Source: a virus | Taxonomy: Duplodnaviria; Caudoviricetes | Strand: one strand, 5' to 3' | Length of the DNA: 59,675 nucleotides | Virus record (IMG/VR): IMGVR_UViG_3300022752_005293 | Span: 1 to 59,675 of that record | Translations under genes and position numbers: made by a program | Notes under the pieces: generated by a model | Seen by the model: the letters and a program-made list of their open reading frames with translations, nothing else | Told to the model about the DNA's origin: nothing | Database searches by the model: none | Part shown: one piece after another, positions 39,373-49,444 of the stretch | Position numbering within the stretch: position 1 is the first letter of the stretch | How the letters are laid out: every line of letters begins with the position of its first letter

Positions 39373-40544
39373 GAAAGAAATGGCCCTTGATGGGAGAATC
39401 TATTACTTTAGGTGATAGATTAAAAATGGCTTTATTCTGCCTTAGAGCTAAAAGATTTACATATGGAGATAATTTAAAAGCATTTGAGCAAGAATGGAAC
39501 GAATGGTTGTCACCAAATAACAATTCTATAAATTCTTTATACGTGTCCAGTGGCAGCACTGCTAATTTTTTATTAGTTGCTGCGATAATGGATTTGTTTA
39601 ATATTAAATCAGGAGATAAAATTTTATTACCTGCATGCACCTGGATGACTAATGTTTCCCCGGCATTGCAGTTAGGATTGACTCCTGTCTTCTGCGATGT
39701 TAATCTACAAAATTACAGTTTTGATCTAGATAATGCTAAACAGATAGCAAAAAAACATAAAGATATAAAACTTATTTTCGTAACACATTTGCTAGGATTT
39801 TCTGGAGATAATGAAAAGTTATCTGAAATTTTTCCCAATGCTTTAATTATAGATGATGTTTGTGAATCGCATGGATGTATAAGCCCGGATTTAACCAAAA
39901 GAGGATCTAATTCGTTAGGGGCCACCTTTAGTTTTTATTTTGGACATCATATGTCTACAGTTGAAGGAGGTATGATAACTACTAACAACTTAGAATTATA
40001 TGATTTAATGAGAATGAAAAGAAGTCATGGTTTGGCTAGAGAATCTACAAGGTTTGACTATTATAAGAATAAGTATTCTGATATAGATCCTCAGTTTTTG
40101 TTTATAACAGATGGTTATAATTTTAGAAACCATGAGATTCCTGCAGTTTTGGGCAGATCGCAATTGAAACGACTGGATAGTATGATTTTAATTCGTAGAA
40201 GAAATTATTCTTTATATTGTAAGTTAATAGAACAATTTTCAAATTTGTTTTATTCTCATGCATTTGAAAAAACAAATAGTAGTTTTTGTTTTCCTTTTAT
40301 TTGTAAAAATGCTGAAATTAGAAATAAACTAAGAATTTTATTAACAGAAAATAATATAGAACACCGACCTATTGTTGCAGGAAATCTTTTATCTCAACCG
40401 TTTCTTCAAGGACATAAAATAGAAACCTCTAAAAAGATTGCTAATGCTGAAATTATTCACAGGCAAGGAATATATATAGGAAACAATCATTTTGTCTCTG
40501 AACAAGATATGGCATTCTTGGGTGAACTATTTAGTAAAATATGA
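39369..40544 (+). CDS. PLP-dependent DegT-family enzyme, ColD/WbdK-like GDP-4-keto-6-deoxymannose 3-dehydratase
   Basis: SSGSTANF, DDVCESHG, FSFYFGHHMSTVEGG (His in place of the Schiff-base Lys), GYNFR, RPIVAGN. Confidence 0.78.
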   Translation: MRKKWPLMGESITLGDRLKMALFCLRAKRFTYGDNLKAFEQEWNEWLSPNNNSINSLYVSSGSTANFLLVAAIMDLFNIKSGDKILLPACTWMTNVSPALQLGLTPVFCDVNLQNYSFDLDNAKQIAKKHKDIKLIFVTHLLGFSGDNEKLSEIFPNALIIDDVCESHGCISPDLTKRGSNSLGATFSFYFGHHMSTVEGGMITTNNLELYDLMRMKRSHGLARESTRFDYYKNKYSDIDPQFLFITDGYNFRNHEIPAVLGRSQLKRLDSMILIRRRNYSLYCKLIEQFSNLFYSHAFEKTNSSFCFPFICKNAEIRNKLRILLTENNIEHRPIVAGNLLSQPFLQGHKIETSKKIANAEIIHRQGIYIGNNHFVSEQDMAFLGELFSKI

Positions 40545-41413
40545 AAAAACTTAAATTAGGGTTTACTGACACTCATGACCATTTAGCTAGATTTTTTTAT
40601 TCTATACTTTCCACTCGGTATGTAATAGAAGTAGATAATATTAATCCGGATTATCTAATTTTTGGTGATAATAATTTTGGCAATAACAATCTTAGATATG
40701 ATAAGAATAAAGTAACTAAGATTTTTTACACTGGTGAAAATCAAAGACCAGAAAATTATGATTGTCATTATGCTATTTCATTTGATCATGTCTATGAGCC
40801 ATGGCATTATAGATTACCATTATTTGTAATCTATATGTGGGCATGGAAATATATTCATAACATGAATTATGATATGGATTACATTTTACGCGATTTGGAT
40901 GTAACAGAAAAAACATCATTCTCCTCTTTTGTAGTTTCTAATCCTAATTGTCAAGAAAGAAATGATTTTTTTAAAATGCTAAATGACTATAAAACTGTAG
41001 ATAGTGGGGGTAGATTATTCAATAATATACAAGTAAAGCTAGATGGAGAACAAAGTAAAATAGACTTTTTATCTTCGCGAAAGTTTAATATTTGCTTTGA
41101 ACCTTATAAATATCCAGGATATACTACAGAAAAAATAGTACATGCTTTTTATGCTGGAACTATTCCTATTTACTGGGGCAATGAATTGGTGACATCTGAT
41201 TTTAATAATGATTCTTTTATTAATGTTCATGATTTTGATTCTTTTGATTCTGCCATGGACTACATAATAAAAGTAGATAATGATAAAAAACTTTATAATG
41301 AAATAGTGAAGGCCCCAAAATTCATTAACAATATTCCTCCATCTTATTTAATTTTAGATAATTTTTTAAATTGGTTTGATGCTGTGGTATACAATAAAAT
41401 TTTACAACGATGA
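40541..41413 (+). CDS. GT10-family alpha-1,3-fucosyltransferase-like protein
   Basis: FYTGENQRP, YRLPL, FVVSNP, KFNICFEP..YPGYTTEKIVHAFYAGTIPIYWG. Confidence 0.85.
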   Translation: MKKLKLGFTDTHDHLARFFYSILSTRYVIEVDNINPDYLIFGDNNFGNNNLRYDKNKVTKIFYTGENQRPENYDCHYAISFDHVYEPWHYRLPLFVIYMWAWKYIHNMNYDMDYILRDLDVTEKTSFSSFVVSNPNCQERNDFFKMLNDYKTVDSGGRLFNNIQVKLDGEQSKIDFLSSRKFNICFEPYKYPGYTTEKIVHAFYAGTIPIYWGNELVTSDFNNDSFINVHDFDSFDSAMDYIIKVDNDKKLYNEIVKAPKFINNIPPSYLILDNFLNWFDAVVYNKILQR

Positions 41414-42117
41414 AAATACAAACTTTTATATTCAATTGGAATGGACAATATAACAAAACCTTAGACAAGAAAGACCAGCTTAAGGCCATTGGTGTTGATC
41501 CCATCATTATTAATAGTGATGAAGCATTTTATCTAGATGATTGGCACAATATTGGCGAAAAAGCTTATTTTACTGCACAGTTTATGAAAGCATTAGAGTT
41601 GTTTGACGGAGATGCTTTATTCCATATACAAGGCGATGCAAGTTACGAACGTTGGGCAGATCTTATAGATGATGCGAAAAAATATTATAAAGAATATAAT
41701 TGGGGTATATACGCTCCTAATATTGATTATACTTGGTATGTAGCATCTAAAACAGATTTAGATATGTTTACTATAGACGAGACTCCCCTTAAAATGGTGG
41801 CTACACCTGATTGCACTTGTTGGTTTATACATAAGAATATAATTGATGAGGCAAATAATCGTAAAGTAAACTTTGCGCCATATAAATGGGGTTGGAGCTT
41901 TGACTTAGTATATTCTGCTTTATCTCATATGATGAAACGCCCAGTATTAAGAGATTATTCTCATACAGTACAACATCCGCTCGGCACAAACTATGCTAAA
42001 GATGAGGCCGAAAAAGAAATGATGGATTTGTATAAGTCTTTACCTAAGGATATACAAGAAGCCTTTTACTATATCAAATCTGATAAAGATAGTCTGGCAA
42101 AATACTACGCAGAATGA
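41410..42117 (+). CDS. Hypothetical glycosyltransferase-like protein
   Basis: FHIQGDA, GIYAP, DCTCWF, WGWSFD, VLRDY..VQHP; context only. Confidence 0.45.
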   Translation: MKIQTFIFNWNGQYNKTLDKKDQLKAIGVDPIIINSDEAFYLDDWHNIGEKAYFTAQFMKALELFDGDALFHIQGDASYERWADLIDDAKKYYKEYNWGIYAPNIDYTWYVASKTDLDMFTIDETPLKMVATPDCTCWFIHKNIIDEANNRKVNFAPYKWGWSFDLVYSALSHMMKRPVLRDYSHTVQHPLGTNYAKDEAEKEMMDLYKSLPKDIQEAFYYIKSDKDSLAKYYAE

Positions 42118-43046
42118 GAATAGATTACATTACAGCTAATGATAAAATAGGCGAAATCATTTGTAAAGGTGAGCCAGCAAGTATATTAAGATTGGACAAT
42201 ACTGCAGGTTTTATTGTACAGTTAAAACTAAAAAATGAATCTCCCCCATCTGAGCATTTCAACGAATCTACATTAATACAAGGCGGAATTCATCCCCACG
42301 ATCCTGCCTATTATTGGGACGTAATATTACCCGAAATTATAAAAGTAATGCATCAGGCTGATATATTAGGTATTACAGATGTAACTGATACTTTTAATAA
42401 TTGTGTGCCCGAAGATCATGTTGTAATAAAGGAATTTAAGAATCAACCAATATTTGGAGGTAATTCTATTTTAGTTATGGATCCTGGCGGATTACTGGGT
42501 TACGCTAAAGAATTTTTTGGAATACCCGAAGCTATTAATCCATGGACAGCAAAACTAAAGAATAAAAAAGTTTTAGTTATTTCCACTCATGCTGAATCTA
42601 TTAAATATCAATATAATAAATTAGATAAAATTTGGGGGAATAAAAGAGAAGTTATAGCGCCATTTGAATTGGCAGGAGTTATTAGAAGCCCTTATCATCC
42701 TTTAATGGATAACAGACAATATCCTAATTGTAATCATTGGGGAGATACTGTAAATTATATAATGAAAGAAATTGAAAAATATGATTTTGATGTTCTTTTG
42801 GCAGGTGCTTCTACATCCTCGGTATTTTATGCTCAGCATGCAAAAGAATTGGGAAAGATAGGGATACAAACTGGGGGAGTGGTTCAATTAATGTTCGGTA
42901 TTTTGGGATACAGATGGACAAAGGTTCTCGGGTATAGTCAATGGAACAAAATGTATAATGAACATTGGATTTATCCTTTAGAAATAGATGAAGCCCAAAA
43001 TAGAAAGAAAAACATGCATTTAGAAACAAATTTTGCTTATTGGTAA
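42114..43046 (+). CDS. Hypothetical protein, possible GT-D/DUF1792-like glycosyltransferase
   Basis: NPWTAKLKNKKVLVIS, DFDVLLAGA, GIQTGGVVQLMFGILGYRW. Confidence 0.5.
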   Translation: MRIDYITANDKIGEIICKGEPASILRLDNTAGFIVQLKLKNESPPSEHFNESTLIQGGIHPHDPAYYWDVILPEIIKVMHQADILGITDVTDTFNNCVPEDHVVIKEFKNQPIFGGNSILVMDPGGLLGYAKEFFGIPEAINPWTAKLKNKKVLVISTHAESIKYQYNKLDKIWGNKREVIAPFELAGVIRSPYHPLMDNRQYPNCNHWGDTVNYIMKEIEKYDFDVLLAGASTSSVFYAQHAKELGKIGIQTGGVVQLMFGILGYRWTKVLGYSQWNKMYNEHWIYPLEIDEAQNRKKNMHLETNFAYW

Positions 43047-43047
43047 T

Positions 43048-44367
43048 ATGAAACAAGAAATTATTAATAGTGTATCTAATTTTATTAAAAATAAATTAGA
43101 AAACAAAAAATGGGAAGCAGGCAAAGATTTTGTAAACTATGCTGGTCCATTTTTTAATGAAAAAGAATATGAATCCGTCATGGATACTTTATTAGATGGA
43201 TGGTTAGTAATGGGTAATAAGTGTTTAGAATTTGAGCGTAATTTTCCTAAGCATTTTGGCAAATCCTATGGCATTTTAACTAACTCTGGTTCCAGTTCTA
43301 ATTTATTAATGTTGTCTTCCCTTACTTCTAAAAGAGGATACAACCTTTCCAAGGGAACTAAAGTATTGGTTCCCGTAGCTGGATTTCCCACTACATTTAA
43401 TCCTATTATACAAATAGGGTTTGAGCCAGTATTTTTAGATATAGAATTGGATACTCTTAATCTAGATTTAACCAAGACAGAAGATCTAATTAAAAAACAT
43501 AATATTAAAGTTATTACTTTTGCGCATGTTTTAGGGAACCCTCCCAATATGCGATGGGTAATGGAACTAGTTAAAAGATATGATTTGTTATTACTAGAGG
43601 ATTGTTGTGATGCTTTAGGAACAACATATGATGGTAACCCTCTCGGATCATTTGGTATTATGGCTACTTGTAGTTTCTATCCTGCTCATCATATAACTAT
43701 GGGCGAGGGTGGTTATGTTGCTTGTAATACATATGAACAGGAAGTAATACTTAGATCATTTAGAGAATGGGGGAGGGGTTGTTATTGTGTCGGACCTGAA
43801 GCAAATAAATTACAATGCGGTACTTGTGGTAAAAGGTTCAGTGAATGGATTCCTAGTCTTAAAGATCAAATCTTTGATCACAAATATGTGTATGATGAGA
43901 TAGGATACAATTTGAAACCTATTGAAATGCAAGGCGCTATAGGAATAGTGCAACTTACTAAATTAGATGAGATACATTCATTAAGAAAAAGAAATTATAA
44001 ATTAATGTTTGAAATTTATAGTAAGTATGAAGAATATTTTCATTTGCCTAGAGCCCAAGAAAATAGTGATCCTAGTTGGTTTGCTTTCCCTTTAACTATT
44101 AGAAAAGGCGCGCCCTTTAATAGAAATGATATAGTAGATTATTTGGAAACCAATCTAATTCAAACCAGACCATATTTTGCAGGCAATCTATTATTGCAAC
44201 CTGCATATTCGCATCTAATGAATGCAGAAGATGCTAAGAAAGAATTTCCTATAGCAACCTTTGTTATGCAGAATACTTTCTTTCATGGAACCAGCCCAGT
44301 TATAACTCCAGAGCAGATAAATTATATTGGGTATACCGTAGATAATTTTATGAGTTTATTTAAATGA
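43048..44367 (+). CDS. rfbH: RfbH/DdhC-like NDP-4-keto-6-deoxyglucose 3-dehydrase
   Basis: TNSGSSSNL, AGFPTT, EDCCDALG, SFYPAHHITMGEGG, WGRGCYC...CGTCG (Fe-S), DHKYVY..IGYNLK. Confidence 0.88.
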   Translation: MKQEIINSVSNFIKNKLENKKWEAGKDFVNYAGPFFNEKEYESVMDTLLDGWLVMGNKCLEFERNFPKHFGKSYGILTNSGSSSNLLMLSSLTSKRGYNLSKGTKVLVPVAGFPTTFNPIIQIGFEPVFLDIELDTLNLDLTKTEDLIKKHNIKVITFAHVLGNPPNMRWVMELVKRYDLLLLEDCCDALGTTYDGNPLGSFGIMATCSFYPAHHITMGEGGYVACNTYEQEVILRSFREWGRGCYCVGPEANKLQCGTCGKRFSEWIPSLKDQIFDHKYVYDEIGYNLKPIEMQGAIGIVQLTKLDEIHSLRKRNYKLMFEIYSKYEEYFHLPRAQENSDPSWFAFPLTIRKGAPFNRNDIVDYLETNLIQTRPYFAGNLLLQPAYSHLMNAEDAKKEFPIATFVMQNTFFHGTSPVITPEQINYIGYTVDNFMSLFK

Positions 44368-44374
44368 GGATTTT

Positions 44375-45172
44375 ATGAATACTAAAGAAAAATTAATGTT
44401 AGATATTTTAAAACGAGGAAAACAAGAATTCGGATTTTGTGCAGTAAAGGCAGAGTTCGAGGCAGAAGGAACCAGAGTCGATGAATTATTACGCTTGGTT
44501 GAAATTGCTCGTAGAGCTGATCTCAAGATTGGATTGAAGATCGGCGGGTGCGAAGCCATACGTGATCTTTTAGAAATTAAACAAATAGGTGTTGACTACA
44601 TAATTGCACCGATGGTAGAAACTCCCTATGCTCTGTGGAAATTTGTTGATGCTAAAAATAGAATTTTTACGAAAGAGGAACAACGGGATATAAAGTTTTT
44701 GACTAATCTCGAAACTATTACTGGTTTTAATAATTTGGCGAGTTTAGTAGAACAGGCTTGTATGCAGGATGGCTTGGATGGTTTAGTATTTGGTCGTGTT
44801 GATTATGCTATGAGTATGGGTCGTAATGGACGCGAGGATATCAATAATACTGATATTACAAAGGCAGTTATAGAAACTGCAAACGCTTGTAAAGCCGCTA
44901 AATTAGAGTTGGTTATGGGAGGGGGAATTAGTAAAGACGCGATTCCTGCAGTAAGACAAGTTCAAAAAGTACATCTTGATCGTTATGAAACTCGAAAAAT
45001 TATTTTCAATGGGGATGCTATTAAATTAAGTACAGCGGATAAAGCTCTTATTTCGGCTGTAGAGTTTGAATTGTTGTGGTTGAAAAATAAACGAGATTAT
45101 TACGAGGCAATCTTTACCGAAGACGATAAACGTATTAATATGCTGGAAACAAGATGGAAAAATTTGGTTTGA
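44375..45172 (+). CDS. HpcH/HpaI aldolase / citrate-lyase family protein
   Basis: KAEFEAEG, KIGGCEA, IIAPMVET, NLETITG, FGRVD. Confidence 0.7.
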   Translation: MNTKEKLMLDILKRGKQEFGFCAVKAEFEAEGTRVDELLRLVEIARRADLKIGLKIGGCEAIRDLLEIKQIGVDYIIAPMVETPYALWKFVDAKNRIFTKEEQRDIKFLTNLETITGFNNLASLVEQACMQDGLDGLVFGRVDYAMSMGRNGREDINNTDITKAVIETANACKAAKLELVMGGGISKDAIPAVRQVQKVHLDRYETRKIIFNGDAIKLSTADKALISAVEFELLWLKNKRDYYEAIFTEDDKRINMLETRWKNLV

Positions 45173-45879
45173 TAACCAATAAAAAAAGAGTATTAGTCAC
45201 AGGATGCACTCGAGGTATAGGTTATTCCATATGTGAAAAATATAAAGAGATGAATTACTATGTTGTAGGAATAGCAAGACAAGAAAATTATAATTCAAGT
45301 TTAGACGAATATTATAATTGTGATCTTTCTGATATGCATGCTGTTTTGAATCTATGTTTAAAATTAAAAAATTTAGATATAGATATCATTATTAATAATG
45401 CGGGCATTAATCCCATAAATGATTTTTGTAATATTCCTGTAGAAGAATTCATGAAAGTACAACAAGTTAATTTTTTGTCTCCTTTTTGTATTTTACAGGC
45501 TTGTATTCCGCATATGCTAGAAAAAAAATGGGGTAGAATAGTTAACATTGGATCAGTTTGGAGTAAGAAAAGTAAAAAAGGGCGTGCTAGTTATTCTTCA
45601 AGTAAATTCGCACTTGATGGGATGACATTATCTATTGCTAATGAATTTGCAGATAAAGATATACTTTGTAATATTGTATCTCCGGGATTTATAGATACTA
45701 ATATGACTTGGAAAAATTTAGGTATTCAAGGTGTAGAAGAAATTTTACAAACTGTCCCTATTAGAAGATTAGCTAAAATACAAGAAATAAGTGAACTAGT
45801 TTATTATCTAGGTAGTGATAAAAATACCTACATTACTGGACAGAATATTTCTATAGACGGAGGATTCACGCGTGCTTGA
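45154..45879 (+). CDS. Short-chain dehydrogenase/reductase
   Basis: VTGCTRGIG, INNAGI, YSSSK (YxxxK), SPGFIDT, ITGQNISIDGG. Confidence 0.9.
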   Translation: MEKFGLITNKKRVLVTGCTRGIGYSICEKYKEMNYYVVGIARQENYNSSLDEYYNCDLSDMHAVLNLCLKLKNLDIDIIINNAGINPINDFCNIPVEEFMKVQQVNFLSPFCILQACIPHMLEKKWGRIVNIGSVWSKKSKKGRASYSSSKFALDGMTLSIANEFADKDILCNIVSPGFIDTNMTWKNLGIQGVEEILQTVPIRRLAKIQEISELVYYLGSDKNTYITGQNISIDGGFTRA

Positions 45880-46885
45880 TATTATTGTGAAAAGTTTCTA
45901 TGGCGATTATAATGTGAACTTTAATAAAAACATAGAAGTTTCAAAATTAGGCTCACATTTTATAGTAGATGAAAAAGTTTGTGAGATATACAAATTGGAT
46001 TATTTGCCAAATTTAATAAAAATTAATGCCATAGAAAAATCTAAATCTTTTTCAAATATTGAAAAAATTTTAAATAATTTAATAGATTTAAAATTAAAAA
46101 AAAACAGTATCCTTGTTGGGATAGGTGGGGGAATAATACAAGACATAACTAGTTTTATTAGTTCTATTTGGATGAGAGGAATACATTGGAATTATATACC
46201 AACAACTTTATTATCTCAGGCAGATAGTTGTATAGGTAGTAAAAGTAGTATTAATCTCAATAATGTAAAAAATGTTATTGGAACATTCTTTCCTCCGAAG
46301 AATATCTATATATGTAATTATTTTTTAGGTACTTTATCCGATGCCGATATAAAATCTGGTATTGGGGAAATTTTAAAATTATTGATTATAAACGGCGATA
46401 ACATAGAATATGATGATATAAGGCATAATTTAGATAAATATATTATTAAAGCTTTACTGATAAAAAAACATTTTATAGAAATAGATGAGCATGATAAAGG
46501 AATAAGACAATTACTAAATTATGGGCATTGTTTTGGACATGCTTTAGAATCAGCTTGTAATTTTAAATTGCCACATGGAATAGCAGTAAGTATTGGAATG
46601 AATATTGCTAATCACATGTCATTACAATTGAAAATGCTTTCTTATGAAAAATATGAAAAAATAAATAAAATTTTAGTTAAAAACTACAATGATTTTTCGG
46701 GATTAGTTTTTAACGAAAAAAAATTTATTTACTCGTTAAATAACGATAAAAAGAATTCAATAGATTTTCTGAGATTAATACATCTTACTAATGATGAAGT
46801 AGTTAAGACTAATATAGAAAACAATAAAAAAACTCTTGAAAAAATTTTTAATTCATTTTCACAACTTAAATTTAGACTAGAATAA
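45872..46885 (+). CDS. 3-dehydroquinate synthase-like sugar-phosphate cyclase
   Basis: GIGGGIIQD, IPTTLLSQADSCIGSKSSIN, LNYGHCFGHALES, LPHGIAV. Confidence 0.85.
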   Translation: MLDIIVKSFYGDYNVNFNKNIEVSKLGSHFIVDEKVCEIYKLDYLPNLIKINAIEKSKSFSNIEKILNNLIDLKLKKNSILVGIGGGIIQDITSFISSIWMRGIHWNYIPTTLLSQADSCIGSKSSINLNNVKNVIGTFFPPKNIYICNYFLGTLSDADIKSGIGEILKLLIINGDNIEYDDIRHNLDKYIIKALLIKKHFIEIDEHDKGIRQLLNYGHCFGHALESACNFKLPHGIAVSIGMNIANHMSLQLKMLSYEKYEKINKILVKNYNDFSGLVFNEKKFIYSLNNDKKNSIDFLRLIHLTNDEVVKTNIENNKKTLEKIFNSFSQLKFRLE

Positions 46886-46887
46886 TT

Positions 46888-48678
46888 ATGAGAGTATGCG
46901 ATTATATTGCAAATAAGTTATCCTCTTTAGGAATAACTGAGGTTTATGGACTTGTTGGAGGGAGTACTGCTGGTTTGAACGATGGATTTATAAGTCATTC
47001 AAATATTAATTTTATAGGGTTTCATCATGAACAAGGTGCAGGACATGCTGCAGTAGGTGCTGCTAGAACTACTAATAAATTAAGTGTATGTAATGTTACT
47101 GCTGGTTGTGGTGTAACTAACGTATTAACTAGCTTACTTAACGCTTTCGATGAAAGTGCTCCAGTATTGTTTTTGAGTGGTAACACGAGTATTAGTAATC
47201 AAGCTAAATATATCAATAAGAATAAGAATATAAGACTTAGAAAATATGGTATTCAAGATTTAGATTGTGTGTCCTTAGTAAAAGATTTATGTAAATTTTC
47301 CATAGCAATAGAAAATGCAAACGAAGTACCATCTGCATTATTTAAAGCTATATCTATAGCTAACGAAGGTAGACCTGGTCCTGTTTGGATAGATATTCCA
47401 GGAAATTTACAAACTGCAATTATAAGTGATTTTGTTTATGATGATAGTATAGATAATCACAAAACTATTAATCGTGAAAAAGAAATAGAAATAAGTTTTG
47501 ATGAAGTATTGAAATCGAAAAGGCCTTTGGTGGTAGCAGGCAATGGTATTAACCTATCCAATTCTAGATCTCTTTTCAAAGATTTTTTATTAAAATATAA
47601 AATTCCATTTGTGACCACATTTTTATCTAGAGATTTAATAGATTATAATAACGATTTAAATTTAGGTATGATAGGCATTAAAGGCAATAGGTCTGCGAAT
47701 TTTGCAATGCAAAATTCGGATTGTTTGTTAATTCTCGGATGTTCTATGAATGTAACTCATATAGGTTACGATTCTAAAAGTTTTAGTCAGGGAAGTAAAA
47801 AAATAATGATAGATATAGATGAAAGTGAATTAAAGAAGGACATATTTGATATAGATTACCCCTTGCAAGTATGTATAAATACATACTTAAGACATGTGAA
47901 TAGTATACAGGCTGATAGCAATTTCGACGATTGGAATAATAAATGTATTCATTGGAAAAATTTATGGCCAATATATAATGAAACTTTACACAGATCAGAT
48001 AAGGGAGGAATCAATCTTTATGAAATCGTAGAAAGTATTAACAGAAATATGAAATCAAAAGATTGCTTTATTGTTGATGCTGGCCAGCCTTGTTACATAT
48101 TATCTACTAATGGAAAATTTAAAGAAAATTGTAGATATATGGCTCAATCAGCCCAAGGCGATATGGGATATGCTTTGCCTGCAAGTGTCGGAGTACATTT
48201 TGCGGATAAATCATTGAATGTAGTTATAGTTATAGGTGAAGGTAGTTTTTTTACTAATATGCAAGAACTTGCGGTTATTAAAAAATTTAATATTCCGGTT
48301 AAAATTTTTGTAATTAATAATGATGGTTATCTTAGTATTAAACAAACGCAGAATAAATTTTTTGAGGGAAGACAATGGGCAGTTAGTAATTCTACGGGAT
48401 TATATTTCGCAGATTTGAAAAAAATAGCAGATGCATTTGAATTAAACTATATAAAGATAGAGAATAATAAAGAATTAGATTCCTTGATGCCTATTATTCT
48501 TAGAAGCGAGGAGCCTATAATAGTAGAATTTATTTCACAAAAGGAATTAGATGTTTTGCCTGCACAAGCTTTGAAACCGGATGGTTCACAGGGCGCGCTT
48601 CATGATATGATACCTTTTCTTTCTGAGGATGTTCTAAAACAAGAAATGATATATGAATATAGTTATACTGGGAAGTAA
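46888..48678 (+). CDS. ThDP-dependent enzyme (acetolactate-synthase family, YerE-like)
   Basis: HHEQGAGHAA, GRPGPVWIDIP, GDMGYALPAS, GEGSFFTNMQEL...INNDGYLSI. Confidence 0.85.
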   Translation: MRVCDYIANKLSSLGITEVYGLVGGSTAGLNDGFISHSNINFIGFHHEQGAGHAAVGAARTTNKLSVCNVTAGCGVTNVLTSLLNAFDESAPVLFLSGNTSISNQAKYINKNKNIRLRKYGIQDLDCVSLVKDLCKFSIAIENANEVPSALFKAISIANEGRPGPVWIDIPGNLQTAIISDFVYDDSIDNHKTINREKEIEISFDEVLKSKRPLVVAGNGINLSNSRSLFKDFLLKYKIPFVTTFLSRDLIDYNNDLNLGMIGIKGNRSANFAMQNSDCLLILGCSMNVTHIGYDSKSFSQGSKKIMIDIDESELKKDIFDIDYPLQVCINTYLRHVNSIQADSNFDDWNNKCIHWKNLWPIYNETLHRSDKGGINLYEIVESINRNMKSKDCFIVDAGQPCYILSTNGKFKENCRYMAQSAQGDMGYALPASVGVHFADKSLNVVIVIGEGSFFTNMQELAVIKKFNIPVKIFVINNDGYLSIKQTQNKFFEGRQWAVSNSTGLYFADLKKIADAFELNYIKIENNKELDSLMPIILRSEEPIIVEFISQKELDVLPAQALKPDGSQGALHDMIPFLSEDVLKQEMIYEYSYTGK

Positions 48679-49444
48679 TGGATTTATTGGTAAAAGTTTG
48701 GCTAAATATTTTTCTAACTTTAATCTTTATCTTTTAAACAGAAACAATATAGATTTACTAGATTTTTATTCAGTTAATAATTACTTAAAATTTAATAAAA
48801 TAGATATTGTAATTAATGCTGCGGCCATTATGACTGAGAAAAATCTTTTAAAGGATACTAGAAACAACTTAGGAATTTTTATAAATTTTTATCTTAATAG
48901 AAATTATTTTAAAAAATTTATCAATTTGTCTTCTGCTTCCGAATATGATAGAAATAACAATATAGATAAATTTGAAGAAAATAAAATATTTGATGTATTA
49001 CCTAATGATAGCTATGGTTTCGGTTTAAATATTAATAGTAAATTATCATATGATACTAAAAATTTTTTTAATTTAAGAATTTTTAATTGTTTTGGTAAAA
49101 ATGAATTGTCTTCTAGAATTTTTCCAAGAATTTTAAATCATGACACTATTACCATATCAAACGATAGATTTTTTGATTATTTTTTTATTAAAGATTTATG
49201 TACAGTAATAGAATATTTAATTTTATATGATTGTGTATATAAAGATATTAATGCGGTTTATATGGAGAAAATATTAATAAGTGAAGCAGTCAATTTATTT
49301 TGCGAAATACATAAATTAAAAAGGAAAATAGTTATAGATAGTACTAGTAATCTTAACTATACGGGGTGTGGAAAAAAATTAAATAGTTTAAATTTAAATT
49401 TGATAGGTTTGAAAGAAGGATTGAAAAGGTATTTTGATGAATAA
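48653..49444 (+). CDS. NAD-dependent epimerase/reductase (YerF-like candidate)
   Basis: ILGSNGFIG, INAAA, SSASEY, LRIFNCFG, FFDYFFIKD. Confidence 0.75.
   Translation: MNIVILGSNGFIGKSLAKYFSNFNLYLLNRNNIDLLDFYSVNNYLKFNKIDIVINAAAIMTEKNLLKDTRNNLGIFINFYLNRNYFKKFINLSSASEYDRNNNIDKFEENKIFDVLPNDSYGFGLNINSKLSYDTKNFFNLRIFNCFGKNELSSRIFPRILNHDTITISNDRFFDYFFIKDLCTVIEYLILYDCVYKDINAVYMEKILISEAVNLFCEIHKLKRKIVIDSTSNLNYTGCGKKLNSLNLNLIGLKEGLKRYFDE

Noticed and set aside
45872-48678. Shikimate and branched-chain amino-acid biosynthesis (aroB, ilvB) as auxiliary metabolism
   Set aside because: Both genes are embedded in an NDP-sugar cluster with no other aro/ilv genes
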